Below, one piece after another: positions 51,603 to 62,066 of a stretch of DNA of 64,000 nt (its first letter is position 1; each line of letters begins with the position of its first letter). The notes below the pieces were generated by a model. That model was not told where the DNA came from, made no database searches, and saw only the letters and a list, made by a program, of their open reading frames with translations. The stretch covers positions 5,472,001 to 5,536,000 of the forward strand of contig CBDDPY010000002.1 of assembly GCA_965232515.1 (NCBI GenBank), written 5' to 3'. The translations under genes were made by a program, and so were the position numbers. The stretch comes from Alphaproteobacteria bacterium (GTDB lineage Bacteria; Pseudomonadota; Alphaproteobacteria; GCA-2731375).

Positions 51603-52544
51603 ATGAACACCACGGTCGACATCGTCCTGCCTGTCTTTGCGCTCGTCGCCGTCGGCTATGCCATCGGCCGCACCCGCCTGCTCGGCGACGGCGGCGTGCA
51701 GGGCATCTCCAACTTCGTGTTCTATGTGGCGATCCCGACGCTCCTGTTCCGCACCATGAGCCGGATCGAGCTGCCCGAGATCGGCAGCCTCGGCATCGTC
51801 TTCGCCTATTTCGGCGGTTGTCTTCTGGTTTTCCCGGTCGCCGCCGTCGTCGGCCGGCTGCTGTTCGGCATCGGCCGCGACGAGCAGGCCGTCATGGGCA
51901 TGGGCGCGGTGTTCTCGAATACCGTGCTGCTCGGCATTCCGCTGGTTTTCACCGCCTTCGGCGAGGACGGCGTCGTCGCCATCATGCTGATCGTCATGTT
52001 CCATTCGATCACGCTGATTACGCTGCCGACGATCCTGCTCGAGGTGGCGCGCGGCGAGCGCGGCCGGAGCGGCCGGATCATCTGGTCGACGCTGACGGCG
52101 CTGGCGCGCAACCCGGTGATTGTCGCCATGCTGGCCGGGCTCGCCTATGGCGGCCTCGGCTTCACGCTGCCGGCCCCGGTCGACCGCTTCGCCGGCCTGA
52201 TGAGCGGCGCCGCCGCGCCGTGCGCCCTGTTCGCGCTCGGCGCCTCGCTCGCCGGCTACCGCATCGCCGGCAGTCTGCGCGAAACCTTCACCCTCATCGG
52301 ATTCAAGCTGCTGGTGCACCCCGTCGCGGTCTGGCTGCTGGGGCGTTACGTCTTCGATCTGGCGCCGCTCTGGCTCGCCGTCGCCACCATCACCGCGGCC
52401 CTGCCGGTCGGCGCCAACGTCTTCGTGCTGGCCCAGCGGTACGACGTCTATGTCCAACGTTCGACCTCGGCGACGTTGATCTCGACCGCGCTCTCGGTCG
52501 TCAGCCTCGCGGTCCTGATCGCCTATTTCGCGCCGAACGGCTAA
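51603..52544 (+). CDS. AEC (auxin efflux carrier) family transporter
   Basis: [28 protein letters not shown] and ALPVGANVF motifs. Confidence 0.88.
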   Translation: MNTTVDIVLPVFALVAVGYAIGRTRLLGDGGVQGISNFVFYVAIPTLLFRTMSRIELPEIGSLGIVFAYFGGCLLVFPVAAVVGRLLFGIGRDEQAVMGMGAVFSNTVLLGIPLVFTAFGEDGVVAIMLIVMFHSITLITLPTILLEVARGERGRSGRIIWSTLTALARNPVIVAMLAGLAYGGLGFTLPAPVDRFAGLMSGAAAPCALFALGASLAGYRIAGSLRETFTLIGFKLLVHPVAVWLLGRYVFDLAPLWLAVATITAALPVGANVFVLAQRYDVYVQRSTSATLISTALSVVSLAVLIAYFAPNG

Positions 52545-52553
52545 GATCGACGC

Positions 52554-52955
52554 ATGAGCGACCGCGACGCCGTGTTGTTTGCCAACGAGGCCTTTTATCG
52601 CGCTTTCGCCGACCGCGATCTGCCGGCGATGGACCGCGTCTGGTCGCAAGCCGACGATATCGTCTGCATACATCCGGGCTGGGCGCCGGTCGAGGGCCGG
52701 GACCAGGTCATGGAGAGCTGGCAGGCGATCCTCGGCAATCCGTCCTCGCCTGCGATCTTGTGTCGCGGCCCGCGTGCCTGGTTGCGGGGCGAGATGGCCT
52801 TCGTCGTCTGTTTTGAGGAAATCGACGGTCAATTCCTGCTGGCGACCAACATTTTTGTCCACGAGGGCGGAATCTGGCGGCTGGTCCACCATCAGGCAGG
52901 CCCCACTAACGGCGTGCCTGAGGAGGAAGAAGCGGCTGAACCGACGGTCAACTGA
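52554..52955 (+). CDS. SnoaL/NTF2-like protein
   Basis: ANEAFYRAF, CIHPGW, ATNIF and WRLVHHQ motifs. Confidence 0.85.
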   Translation: MSDRDAVLFANEAFYRAFADRDLPAMDRVWSQADDIVCIHPGWAPVEGRDQVMESWQAILGNPSSPAILCRGPRAWLRGEMAFVVCFEEIDGQFLLATNIFVHEGGIWRLVHHQAGPTNGVPEEEEAAEPTVN

Positions 52956-53124
52956 CCGCCGAAACACGAGGTTGTGTCCAAATCCGCAGTTGCGCGCTGC
53001 AAAAAACTGGGCTAGCGAGGCTTCTGCACGCCACTATAATCAAAGCAGATCATGAATGTGGGATGCTCGTCTGGCGTGATCGGGCTGGACCGGACGGGTA
53101 CATCACGGAGGGGAGAGTTTCAGG

Positions 53125-54708
53125 ATGAGAGCAAAGCTGTTTATCGGCGGCATGCTGGCGGTCGCCACCGCCATGGCGGCCGCATCGGCACAGGCCGAGA
53201 ACGTGCTGCGTTGGTCGAGCCAGGGCGATGCCCTGACGCTGGATCCGCATTCGCAGAACGAGGGGCCGACGACGGTCACCAACCAGCAGATGTATGACGC
53301 GCTGGTGCAACGCGACTGGGAGCTGAAGCTGCACCCGGCGCTGGCGACCGAATGGAAGCCGCTGGACTCCAACACCTGGGAGTTCAAGCTGCGCCAGGGC
53401 GTGAAGTTCCACGACGGCAGCGATTTTACCGCCGACGACGTGGTCTTCAGCCTCAAGCGCGCCAAGGCCAAGACCTCGGACTTCAAGGGCTATGTCAACT
53501 CGATCACCGACGTGGTCAAGGTCGACGACTTCACCGTGCATATCCGTACCCAGGCCGCCAATCCGATCCTGCCGTCGCAATTGAACAGCGTCCGGATCAT
53601 GTCGAAGGGCTGGGCTGTGGCCAACAAGGTCGTCGAGCCGCAGGACTATGCCGATAACCAGGAGACCTTCGCGGTTCGCAACACCAACGGCACCGGTCCG
53701 TTCGTGCTCGAGCTGCGTGAGCCCGACGTGCAGACCGTGATGGTCAAGAACGAGAACTACTGGGATCTCACGAACTATCCGCACAACGTCGACAAGATCA
53801 TCTACCGGCCGGTGCAGTCGAACCCGACCCGGGTCGCGGCTTTGCTCTCGGGCGAGCTCGATTTCCTGCTCGACCCGCCGGTGCAGGATCTCGGCCGGAT
53901 CAAGGCGACGCCGGGCCTGACGCTGAAGCAGGTGGCGCAGATCCGCACCATCTTCCTTGGCATGGATCAGGGGTCGGAGGAACTGAAGTACGCCGACGTC
54001 AAGGGCGCCAATCCGTTCAGCGACAAGCGCGTCCGCCAGGCCATGTACCAGGCCATCGACATCGAGACGATCAAGAAGAAGGTCATGCGCGGCCTGTCGT
54101 TCCCGGCCGGCATCGTCACCTCGCCGGGCGTGCACGGCTATACCGAGGCGCTCGACAAGCGGCTGCCCTATGACGTCGACCGGGCCAAGGCGCTGATGGC
54201 CGAGGCCGGCTACGAGGACGGCTTCGGCGTCACGCTCGACTGCCCGAACAACCGCTACGTCAACGACGAGGCGATCTGTCAGGCCGTGGTGCCGATGCTG
54301 GCCCAGATCGGCATCAAGGTCGATCTCGCCGCCCGGCCGAAGAGCGTGCACTTCAAGCGTCTGCAACAGCGCGACACCAGCTTCTATATGCTGGGCTGGG
54401 GCGTGCCGACGCTGGATTCGCACTATGTCTTCGAGTATCTGGCGCACACGACCGACGGCAAGCGCGGCAGCTGGAACTTCACCGGCTTCTCGAACACGCG
54501 TATGGACGAAGTGACGCAGAAGATGCTGTCCGAGGTCGTGGCCGAAAAGCGCGATCAGCTGGTCGCCGAGGCCTGGGACATCCTCAAGGGCGACATCGCC
54601 TATCTGCCCCTGCATCACCAAGTGATCTCATGGGCGATGAGCGACAAGCTCGACCTGCCGATCGTCGCCAACGACTCGCCCAACTTCAAGTGGGCGCGGT
54701 TCAAGTAG
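53125..54708 (+). CDS. Peptide/nickel ABC transporter substrate-binding protein (family 5)
   Basis: Signal peptide; LDPH, LRQGVKFHDGSDFTADDVVFS, GTGPF and CPNNRYVND motifs. Confidence 0.93.
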   Translation: MRAKLFIGGMLAVATAMAAASAQAENVLRWSSQGDALTLDPHSQNEGPTTVTNQQMYDALVQRDWELKLHPALATEWKPLDSNTWEFKLRQGVKFHDGSDFTADDVVFSLKRAKAKTSDFKGYVNSITDVVKVDDFTVHIRTQAANPILPSQLNSVRIMSKGWAVANKVVEPQDYADNQETFAVRNTNGTGPFVLELREPDVQTVMVKNENYWDLTNYPHNVDKIIYRPVQSNPTRVAALLSGELDFLLDPPVQDLGRIKATPGLTLKQVAQIRTIFLGMDQGSEELKYADVKGANPFSDKRVRQAMYQAIDIETIKKKVMRGLSFPAGIVTSPGVHGYTEALDKRLPYDVDRAKALMAEAGYEDGFGVTLDCPNNRYVNDEAICQAVVPMLAQIGIKVDLAARPKSVHFKRLQQRDTSFYMLGWGVPTLDSHYVFEYLAHTTDGKRGSWNFTGFSNTRMDEVTQKMLSEVVAEKRDQLVAEAWDILKGDIAYLPLHHQVISWAMSDKLDLPIVANDSPNFKWARFK

Positions 54709-54722
54709 GTTGACCATGACGT

Positions 54723-54766
54723 CGCGCGGCCCGGGACTCCCTGTCCCGGGCCGCGCGCGCGTTTTT
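54723..54766 (+). terminator. Intra-operon hairpin after the SBP gene (partial terminator or mRNA stabiliser)
   Basis: 15-bp stem CGCGCGGCCCGGGAC/GTCCCGGGCCGCGCG, followed shortly by TTTTT. Confidence 0.6.
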
Positions 54767-54783
54767 CACGAGTGTGACGCGCC

Positions 54784-55776
54784 GTGACCGCGTTCATCGT
54801 CCGCCGGCTGCTGCAATCGATCGCGGTGATGCTGGCGGTCGCCTTCGTTTCCTTCGCGCTGTTCAACTTCGTCGGCGATCCCATCAACAACATGTTGGGA
54901 CAGGAGGCGACGACCGAGGACCGCGCCGAGCTGCGCGAGCGGCTCGGTCTGAACGACCCCTTCATCGTTCAGTTCGGCCGTTTCGTCGGCAATGCGCTGC
55001 AGGGCGAGTTCGGCATCTCCTACCGGCTGAAGCGGCCGGTCAACGATCTCATCGCCGAACGCCTGCCGGCGACGATGGAGTTGGTGACGGCGTCCGCCAT
55101 CCTGGCGCTCGCCTTCGGCGTGCCGCTCGGCGTTTTCACCGGCTTGCGGCGTGACAGCTGGTTCAGCCGCTTCGTGCTGACCACATCGCTCGTCGGCGTC
55201 TCGCTGCCGACCTTCGTGATTGGCATTTTTCTGATCTATATCTTCTCCGTCACGCTCGGCGTGCTGCCGTCCTTCGGGCGCGGCGAGACCGTCGATATCG
55301 GCGGCTGGACCACCGGCCTGCTGACGGCGGGCGGCTGGCGTTCACTGATCCTGCCGGCGATCACGCTCAGCTTGTTTCAGACGACGCTGATCCTGCGTCT
55401 GGTCCGGGCCGAGATGCTGGAGGTCCTGCGCACCGACTACATCCGTTTCGCCCGTGCGCGCGGCCTGACCAACCGGGCGGTTAATTTCGGCCATGCGCTG
55501 AAGAACACGCTGGTGCCGGTGATCACCATTACCGGCCTCCAGGTCGGCTCGCTGATCGCCTTCTCGATCATCACCGAGACCGTGTTCCAGTGGCCCGGCA
55601 TGGGCTTCCTGTTCATCGCCGGCCTGAATTTCGCCGACATCCCGATCATGGCCGCCTATCTGGTCATGGTCGCCTTCGTCTTCGTGGTCATCAACCTGGT
55701 CGTCGACATCCTCTACTACGTCGTCGATCCACGTCTGCGCATCGACCGCGCCGTCGCCGCGGGCAGGACGGGATGA
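54784..55776 (+). CDS. Peptide ABC permease (DppB-like)
   Basis: GDP, RLPATMEL, DYIRFARARGL and ETVFQWPGMG motifs. Confidence 0.92.
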   Translation: MTAFIVRRLLQSIAVMLAVAFVSFALFNFVGDPINNMLGQEATTEDRAELRERLGLNDPFIVQFGRFVGNALQGEFGISYRLKRPVNDLIAERLPATMELVTASAILALAFGVPLGVFTGLRRDSWFSRFVLTTSLVGVSLPTFVIGIFLIYIFSVTLGVLPSFGRGETVDIGGWTTGLLTAGGWRSLILPAITLSLFQTTLILRLVRAEMLEVLRTDYIRFARARGLTNRAVNFGHALKNTLVPVITITGLQVGSLIAFSIITETVFQWPGMGFLFIAGLNFADIPIMAAYLVMVAFVFVVINLVVDILYYVVDPRLRIDRAVAAGRTG

Positions 55777-56711
55777 GCGCGCCAGCGGATACGCGCGAGC
55801 TCGGCGCCTTCGCGCGGGTCTGGGACAGCGATCTCGGCTACAAGTTCCGGCGCTCGCCACTGGCGATCCTGGCGACGGCGCTGACGCTGACATTCTTCCT
55901 GGCCGCGGCCTTCGCGCCTTTGCTGGCGCCGCACAATCCCTTCGATCCGTCGACGCTGCGGCTGATCAACGCCTTCACGCCGCCGGTCTGGGTCGAGGAC
56001 GGCACGCCGGAATTCCTGCTCGGCACCGACGACCAGGGCCGCGACATCTTGTCCACGCTGATGTACGGCGCCCGGATCTCGCTCATCGTCGGTTTCGCCA
56101 GCGTGATCTTCTCGGTCGTCATGGGCGTCGGCCTGGGCGTCTTGAGCGGCTATGTCGGCGGCTGGTTCGAATCCGTGGTCATGCGCTGCGCCGACCTGCA
56201 GCTCACCATTCCCGGCATCCTGATCGCGCTCTTCGTCGACGGCATCACGCGCACGATCCTGCCGCGCGAGGTGCACAACGACATCGCCATCTATGTGGTG
56301 ATCTTCGCCATCGGCATCTCCGACTGGCCGCAATATGCCCGCGTCACCCGCGGCGCCACGCTGGTCGAGAAGGGCAAGGAATATGTCCAGGCCGCCCGCG
56401 TCGTCGGCGTCGGCCCTTGGCGCATCATGTTCCGCCACGTGCTGCCGAACGTGCTGACGCCGGTATTGGTGCTGGCCACCATCGGCCTGGCGCTCGCCAT
56501 CATCTCCGAGGCGACGCTGTCGTTCCTCGGCGTCGGCGTGCCGCCCACGACGCCGTCGCTCGGCACGCTGATCCGCGTCGGCAACGCCTTCCTGTTCTCG
56601 GGCGAATGGTGGATCACCATGTTCCCCTGCATCGCCCTCGTCGCGCTCGTGCTGTCCGTCAACCTGATGGGCGACTGGCTCCGCGACGCCCTGAACCCAA
56701 AACTGCGTTAG
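55773..56711 (+). CDS. Peptide ABC permease (DppC-like)
   Basis: LGTDDQGRD, EYVQAAR, HVLPNV, SFLGVG and GDWLRDALNP motifs; ATGA overlap with the upstream gene. Confidence 0.92.
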   Translation: MSAPADTRELGAFARVWDSDLGYKFRRSPLAILATALTLTFFLAAAFAPLLAPHNPFDPSTLRLINAFTPPVWVEDGTPEFLLGTDDQGRDILSTLMYGARISLIVGFASVIFSVVMGVGLGVLSGYVGGWFESVVMRCADLQLTIPGILIALFVDGITRTILPREVHNDIAIYVVIFAIGISDWPQYARVTRGATLVEKGKEYVQAARVVGVGPWRIMFRHVLPNVLTPVLVLATIGLALAIISEATLSFLGVGVPPTTPSLGTLIRVGNAFLFSGEWWITMFPCIALVALVLSVNLMGDWLRDALNPKLR

Positions 56712-56721
56712 CTGGCGCCAC

Positions 56722-57393
56722 ATGCTGTTCGTCATCGAGGGGATCGACGGCGCCGGCAAGGGTACGTTGGCCCGTAATCTCGTCTCCCGCGCGGAAGCCG
56801 ATCGTGTAAACGTCGGGACGCTGTCATTTCCGCGCTACGACGACACCCGCTTCGCCAAGCTCATCGGTCAGTACTTGAATGGCCGCTTCGGCGCGCTGGA
56901 CGAGGTCTCGGTGCATTTCGCGGCGCTGCTCTACGCCGGCGACCGCTTCGAGAGCCGCGACGACCTCATGGCGCTGATCGCCGGTCATGACTTGGTTATC
57001 CTCGACCGTTACGTCGCTTCGAATGTCGCCTACAACGCCGCCAAGCTGCCGCCGGCCGAGCGCCAACCGCTGATCGATTGGATCTTCGAGACCGAGTTCG
57101 ACCTGTTCGAACTTCCGAAGCCCGACCTCACCGGCCTGCTCGGCACCTCGCCCGACACCGCCGACGACCTGGTGGCGAAAAAAGACAGCCGCAGCTACAC
57201 CGAGGCCAAGAAGGACCTGCACGAGGCCGACCGCGACTACATGACCGAGGTCGCCCGCGTCTACGACCGCCTCTGCGCCGACAACGCGATGGGTCCGTGG
57301 TTGCGTTTCGACCCCGCCGGCCCCGACGACCAGCTCCTGCCCCCCGGCCACATCGCCGACGGCGTCTGGCGCGAGATCAAGGCGCGGCTGTAG
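56722..57393 (+). CDS. tmk: Thymidylate kinase (mycobacterial-like subtype)
   Basis: P-loop EGIDGAGKGT; SFPRY, LDRYVASN and LPKPD motifs. Confidence 0.85.
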   Translation: MLFVIEGIDGAGKGTLARNLVSRAEADRVNVGTLSFPRYDDTRFAKLIGQYLNGRFGALDEVSVHFAALLYAGDRFESRDDLMALIAGHDLVILDRYVASNVAYNAAKLPPAERQPLIDWIFETEFDLFELPKPDLTGLLGTSPDTADDLVAKKDSRSYTEAKKDLHEADRDYMTEVARVYDRLCADNAMGPWLRFDPAGPDDQLLPPGHIADGVWREIKARL

Positions 57394-57546
57394 TCGGCAG
57401 GCAAGCTGGACGCGCATCGACGCCCGCCCCGGTCAAGATCGTTGGCGCCGCACGGGTCCGAGATCCGACGTCGCAATCCGGGCCGATAGATCGAAAAGGC
57501 CAAACGCACTAGACTTGAGGGTCGCTGATGTCCCGATGAGGCGACA

Positions 57547-60500
57547 ATGGCACGGGACGTTCGGGAGTGGCTCGAGGGTCTGAAGCTCGGACAATATGCG
57601 CAAGCGTTTGTCGAGAACGACGTCGATCACGCCCTGTTGCCGGAGCTTAGCGAAAACGATCTGGAAAAACTCGGCGTCGCTTCCCTCGGTCATCGCAAGC
57701 GGCTGGTCAAGGCGATAGCGCTCCTGAGGGCCGACATCGCGTCCGAGCGTTCCGTCGCGGCGGCGGCACTTACGCCGATCCCGCCGGGCGCGGGCGCGGA
57801 AGCGGAACGCCGTCAGCTTTCCGTGATGTTCTGCGATCTTGTCGGGTCCACGCCGCTCTCCGAACGGCTCGACCCCGAGGACCTGCGCGACGTGATCCGG
57901 GCCTATCAGGACGCCGTCGCGCGGGCGGCGAAGCACTATGGCGGGCATATCGCCAGATATCTCGGAGATGGACTGCTCGTCTACTTCGGCTGGCCGCGGG
58001 CACATGAAGATCAGGCCGAACGTGCGATACGGGCCGGACTGGCGGCGATCGCCGCCGTCAGGAACACGCAACTGGAAGGGGATTTGCAGCTCAATGCCCG
58101 GGTCGGCATCGCGACCGGACGCGTGGTGATTGGCGATCTCGTCGGCGATGTGGGCCGCGACGTCGATGCCGTCACCGGTGAGACTCCCAACCTCGCGGCT
58201 CGACTGCAGGGTGTTGCCCGATCAAACCAGGTTGTTATCGACGCCGCCACCTACGGTCTGGTCGGCACGGCATTTGAACTCGAGGACATGGGGGTCCGTG
58301 ATCTGAAGGGTTTCTCCCAGCCCGTACCGGTCTGGAACGTACGTGGCGAAGGCAAGGCGGAAAGCCGTTTCGATGCCGCGCACGAGGGGCGCCTGGCCCG
58401 CTTTGTCGGCCGGGAGCACGAACTTGGCCTTGTGCGGGAACGCTGGGAATTGGCGAAACGTGCCGAAGGTCAGGCCGTGTTTTTGACGGGAGAAGCCGGC
58501 ATCGGCAAATCTCGCCTGATACAGGCGTTGCGCGAGGAGATCGGCGACGATCGCTATTTTTACCTCCGCTACCAGTGTTCCCCCTATCATACGAACACCG
58601 CCTTCTACCCGGTTATTCAGCGTCTGGAACGCGCGGCCGGTTTTACGGGCGAGGACGACCCCGACACCCGTTTGGACAAGCTCGACGCTCTGGTCCGACG
58701 GATTTCGGCCGACGATGATCCCGACGTCGCGGATTTCGCGGCGCTTCTGTCGCTGCCCGCCGAACTGCGCTACGGCGCCCGGGAATTGTCGCCGCAACAG
58801 CAACGCGATCGCACGATCGAAGCGTTGATCGGTCAGCTCGTCGATCTGAGCCGGCTCCGGCCGGTTCTGTTCCTGCTGGAAGATGCCCACTGGATCGATC
58901 CGACGACGGAGGCGCTGATTGGTGAGGCGATGACGCGCATAGACGACGTACCGGCGCTGATGGTGATCACGTCGCGTCCCGAATACCTGCCGCCCTGGAC
59001 CAATCTCCCGAACCTGACCACGATCACGTTGAACCGTTTGTCCCGAGCGCAATGCGCGGAAATCGCCCGGGATATTGGCCGCGACCGGCTGACCGACAAC
59101 ATGATCGCGCAAATCGTCGCCCGGACGGATGGCGTGCCGCTGTTTGTCGAGGAACTGGCGAAGTCTCTGCTGGATAGCGACGAGGATCAGGCTGAGATAC
59201 CGGCGTCTTTGCAGGCCTTATTGACCGCTCGGCTGGACCGGCTGGGAAGCGCCGGCAAGCTTGCGCCGCTGGCGGCGACGCTGGGCAGGTCCTTCCACTA
59301 TCGCCTGATCCGCGCGGCATGCACCTTGGATAATCGCGAGTTGGACGCGACGCTGACCGCCATGACCGAGGCTGGACTGCTGTTCCTGCGCGGTACGCCG
59401 CCACAGGCCACCTACACGTTCAAACACGCGCTTATTCAAGACGCCGCATACAAGACCCTGCTCAGAAGCAAGCGGCAGCAATATCATCGCAACGTCGCCG
59501 AGGTCTTGCAGCGGGACTTCCGGGAGCAGGCGGCAACCGAGCCCGAATTGGTCGCGCGGCACCTGTCGCTGGCGGGACTGACCGAAAAGGCCGTCGCATT
59601 CTGGTTGCTCGCGGGCCAGCGCGCGGGCGAGCGGTCCGCGCATGTCGAGGCCATTGCAAATCTGCGGAACGGTCTTCGCGAACTTGAGCTGTTGCCCAAG
59701 TCTTCGCTGCGGGATGAACGGGAATTCGACCTTCGTATCGCCCTCGGCGCGTCACTGTTGGCGGTGAAGGGATGGTCCGCGCCGGACGTCGAGGAAAACT
59801 ACGAACTGGCGCAGGAACTGAGTGCGAGCACCGGCGACATTCGCAAGCTGTTCACCGCTTTGCGTGGACTGTTCAATGTCTTTCTGCTTAAGGGGCAGAT
59901 CGGCAACGCATGCCGCCTGGCCGACCGTCTTCTGTCGATCGCCCAACAGCAAGGTGATAAGGCGTTGCTGCTGGAAGGCTACCGAACGGTCGGCATGTGC
60001 GGGTTCTTTGTCGGAGACTTCGTGGCTGCGCATGAGAACCTGCAGCGCGCGAACGCGATCTATGACCGGTCACTGCATCATGCGCACGCCTTCGTCTACG
60101 GTACGGATCCCGCGGTGGTCGGTCTGAGTGTCGGCGGTTGGGTGGAGTGGTTTCTCGGCAATCCCGAAGCCGCCAGAAACAGCGCCGATGCCGCCGTCCG
60201 CCTCGCCGAAGAGGTGAAACATCCGTTCAGTCTGGCCTATGCCCGCAGCTTGGCCGCTTCCGTCTATCAGGTCTGCCGCCTGCCGGACGTGGCGCGCGAA
60301 CACGCCGAAGCGGCGATTATCATCGCGGAAGAGCATGACTATCCCTACTGGCGCGGATGGGCGACCGTGATGCAGGGCTGGGCGCTGGCCGCTCTCGGCG
60401 AGCCGGACAGGGGCATCGATTTTCTCAGGCGCGGGCTTGATATCTACGAGAGCACCGGCGCCCGGCAGATCAGGCCCTACATTCTGACCCTGCTGGCGGA

Positions 60501-60861
60501 AATGTACGGTTGGGCCGGAGCGCCGCGGGAAGGGATCGACGTGCTGGTCGAAGCGCTGGATGCGGGGAGCCGGTCGGATGTTTGTTTCTACGAAGCCGAA
60601 GCCGCGCGGATTCAAGGCGAGTTGTTGCGCCAGTCGCGGGCCGGGGATGGCCAAACGCAGTTCGAAACTGCCTTGAACCTCTCACGTCGCCAATATGCTC
60701 GTGGGCTCGAGCTGCGGGCGGCCTTGAGCGCGGCGCGCGCGTCGATCGCGCGCGGCGACAGAGCGGCCGCGGAAGCTCTCGTCAGCGCGATCTACCGGAC
60801 GTTTGACGCGCATCTAACGGACCCGGATCTGGCCGACGCGCGAGCAATACTCGGTGCCTGA
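57547..60861 (+). CDS. SAM domain + class III adenylate/guanylate cyclase + STAND NTPase + TPR protein
   Basis: SAM (WLEGLKLGQY..LGHRKRL); cyclase FCDLVGST, YLGDG and NLAARL; Walker A GEAGIGKS; Walker B LEDAHW; GVPLFVEE; FKHALIQ; TPR C-terminus. Confidence 0.92.
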   Translation: MARDVREWLEGLKLGQYAQAFVENDVDHALLPELSENDLEKLGVASLGHRKRLVKAIALLRADIASERSVAAAALTPIPPGAGAEAERRQLSVMFCDLVGSTPLSERLDPEDLRDVIRAYQDAVARAAKHYGGHIARYLGDGLLVYFGWPRAHEDQAERAIRAGLAAIAAVRNTQLEGDLQLNARVGIATGRVVIGDLVGDVGRDVDAVTGETPNLAARLQGVARSNQVVIDAATYGLVGTAFELEDMGVRDLKGFSQPVPVWNVRGEGKAESRFDAAHEGRLARFVGREHELGLVRERWELAKRAEGQAVFLTGEAGIGKSRLIQALREEIGDDRYFYLRYQCSPYHTNTAFYPVIQRLERAAGFTGEDDPDTRLDKLDALVRRISADDDPDVADFAALLSLPAELRYGARELSPQQQRDRTIEALIGQLVDLSRLRPVLFLLEDAHWIDPTTEALIGEAMTRIDDVPALMVITSRPEYLPPWTNLPNLTTITLNRLSRAQCAEIARDIGRDRLTDNMIAQIVARTDGVPLFVEELAKSLLDSDEDQAEIPASLQALLTARLDRLGSAGKLAPLAATLGRSFHYRLIRAACTLDNRELDATLTAMTEAGLLFLRGTPPQATYTFKHALIQDAAYKTLLRSKRQQYHRNVAEVLQRDFREQAATEPELVARHLSLAGLTEKAVAFWLLAGQRAGERSAHVEAIANLRNGLRELELLPKSSLRDEREFDLRIALGASLLAVKGWSAPDVEENYELAQELSASTGDIRKLFTALRGLFNVFLLKGQIGNACRLADRLLSIAQQQGDKALLLEGYRTVGMCGFFVGDFVAAHENLQRANAIYDRSLHHAHAFVYGTDPAVVGLSVGGWVEWFLGNPEAARNSADAAVRLAEEVKHPFSLAYARSLAASVYQVCRLPDVAREHAEAAIIIAEEHDYPYWRGWATVMQGWALAALGEPDRGIDFLRRGLDIYESTGARQIRPYILTLLAEMYGWAGAPREGIDVLVEALDAGSRSDVCFYEAEAARIQGELLRQSRAGDGQTQFETALNLSRRQYARGLELRAALSAARASIARGDRAAAEALVSAIYRTFDAHLTDPDLADARAILGA

Positions 60862-60896
60862 TTCCGGCCGCGCACGACGACGTCGTGACGACCTGG

Positions 60897-61772
60897 CTAA
60901 GCGCCGGTGTTGATGATGTAGGGATGCTTGCAACGTCCCAGGCAGTAGTCCTTCTGTGTCGGCAGCTCGGATTCGCGTGGCCGGCCACGGAACATCAGGT
61001 CGATGCAACTGTCCGGGCCGGACTGATAATCGGCGTGGCTTTGCGGCAGCAGAACACCGTCTTCATATACCGCGATGACGATGATGCCCGGTCCCTTGGC
61101 GAACAGCTTGTGGTCCAGCAGCCGGGCCTCGATATCGGCCAGCTTTTCGTCGGAAAACATCACCGTATCGGGAAATGGATTGTTGCGATCTTGCTTCTTC
61201 TTGATCACCTGATACGTGTCCGGGGCCACGGCAATGGCCCAGAAATGTTGCCGTTGCCATACGCGATTGCCGTTCAAGGTTATCGAGATCGTCGTATCGA
61301 CCTCGATATAGCCGCCGGCCGTGTCGTCATTGAAATAGTAGTGCCGGATCTTGCCGATCGATTCGAGACCGACCTTGTTCTCGTCGGCGAACTTATCCTC
61401 GTCGTCGAGCTTGCGGACGGCGGCTTCGATCAGGGCGCGGGCATAGGCGCCGCCTAGACCCGACAACGTGGCGGGAATGTCGGATTTGGGATCGTATCCC
61501 TGCAGTTTCGTCAACAGGCCCCTGAAGTCGGGCTTTGCGTCGGGGGCGGGCTCTTTGCCGTCCAATGCCAGCAAGATTTCCCACAGCTTGTCGGGGTCCG
61601 ACAGGACCTGGTCGGCGGCCAGGTCGCCAAAGTTCACCTGCATCGGGCCGACCTCGCCGGCGGAGAGCCGGTCCGGCGTCACGACTGGTTGTGTCGGTCG
61701 GGGTTTGGTACAGGCCGCGGCGGCGAACACGGCTGCGATCGCTGCCAGATGCACGAACCGATAGCGTGTCAT
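60897..61772 (-). CDS. Hypothetical lipoprotein
   Basis: GGGAGGGG RBS; signal peptide ending AAAC; 291 aa of protein-like composition; three C-terminal Cys; no family recognised. Confidence 0.7.
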   Translation of the reverse strand: MTRYRFVHLAAIAAVFAAAACTKPRPTQPVVTPDRLSAGEVGPMQVNFGDLAADQVLSDPDKLWEILLALDGKEPAPDAKPDFRGLLTKLQGYDPKSDIPATLSGLGGAYARALIEAAVRKLDDEDKFADENKVGLESIGKIRHYYFNDDTAGGYIEVDTTISITLNGNRVWQRQHFWAIAVAPDTYQVIKKKQDRNNPFPDTVMFSDEKLADIEARLLDHKLFAKGPGIIVIAVYEDGVLLPQSHADYQSGPDSCIDLMFRGRPRESELPTQKDYCLGRCKHPYIINTGA

Positions 61773-62066
61773 TGATCCCCTCCCGCTTCTTAGACCGTTG
61801 CATCAACGCATCTGCAAACTGACCAAGATACGAACGCGAGCAGAATCAAGCTTGCCGGCACTACGGCTTATCGTTGTTTATTATGTCGGAAACGCAAGTT
61901 ACTGCATCAGATTATCGTTGTTCTGTCCAGGCACAAGTGATGGAAGGGGCCGACCCAACCGCATTAGGTGCGGTGGCGCCGTTGCCGTTCCGCAACCGTG
62001 GATCAGGTCGCCTTTTTAGGATGGGTGCGTTCGGCGTGTTCGCCGACGATTTGACGGCGCCGCGCC

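Noticed and set aside
61773-62066. Possible sRNA in the long intergenic region (short hairpin ACCGCA-TTAGG-TGCGGT)
   Set aside because: Only a 6-bp stem and no recognisable family; more simply the lipoprotein promoter region.
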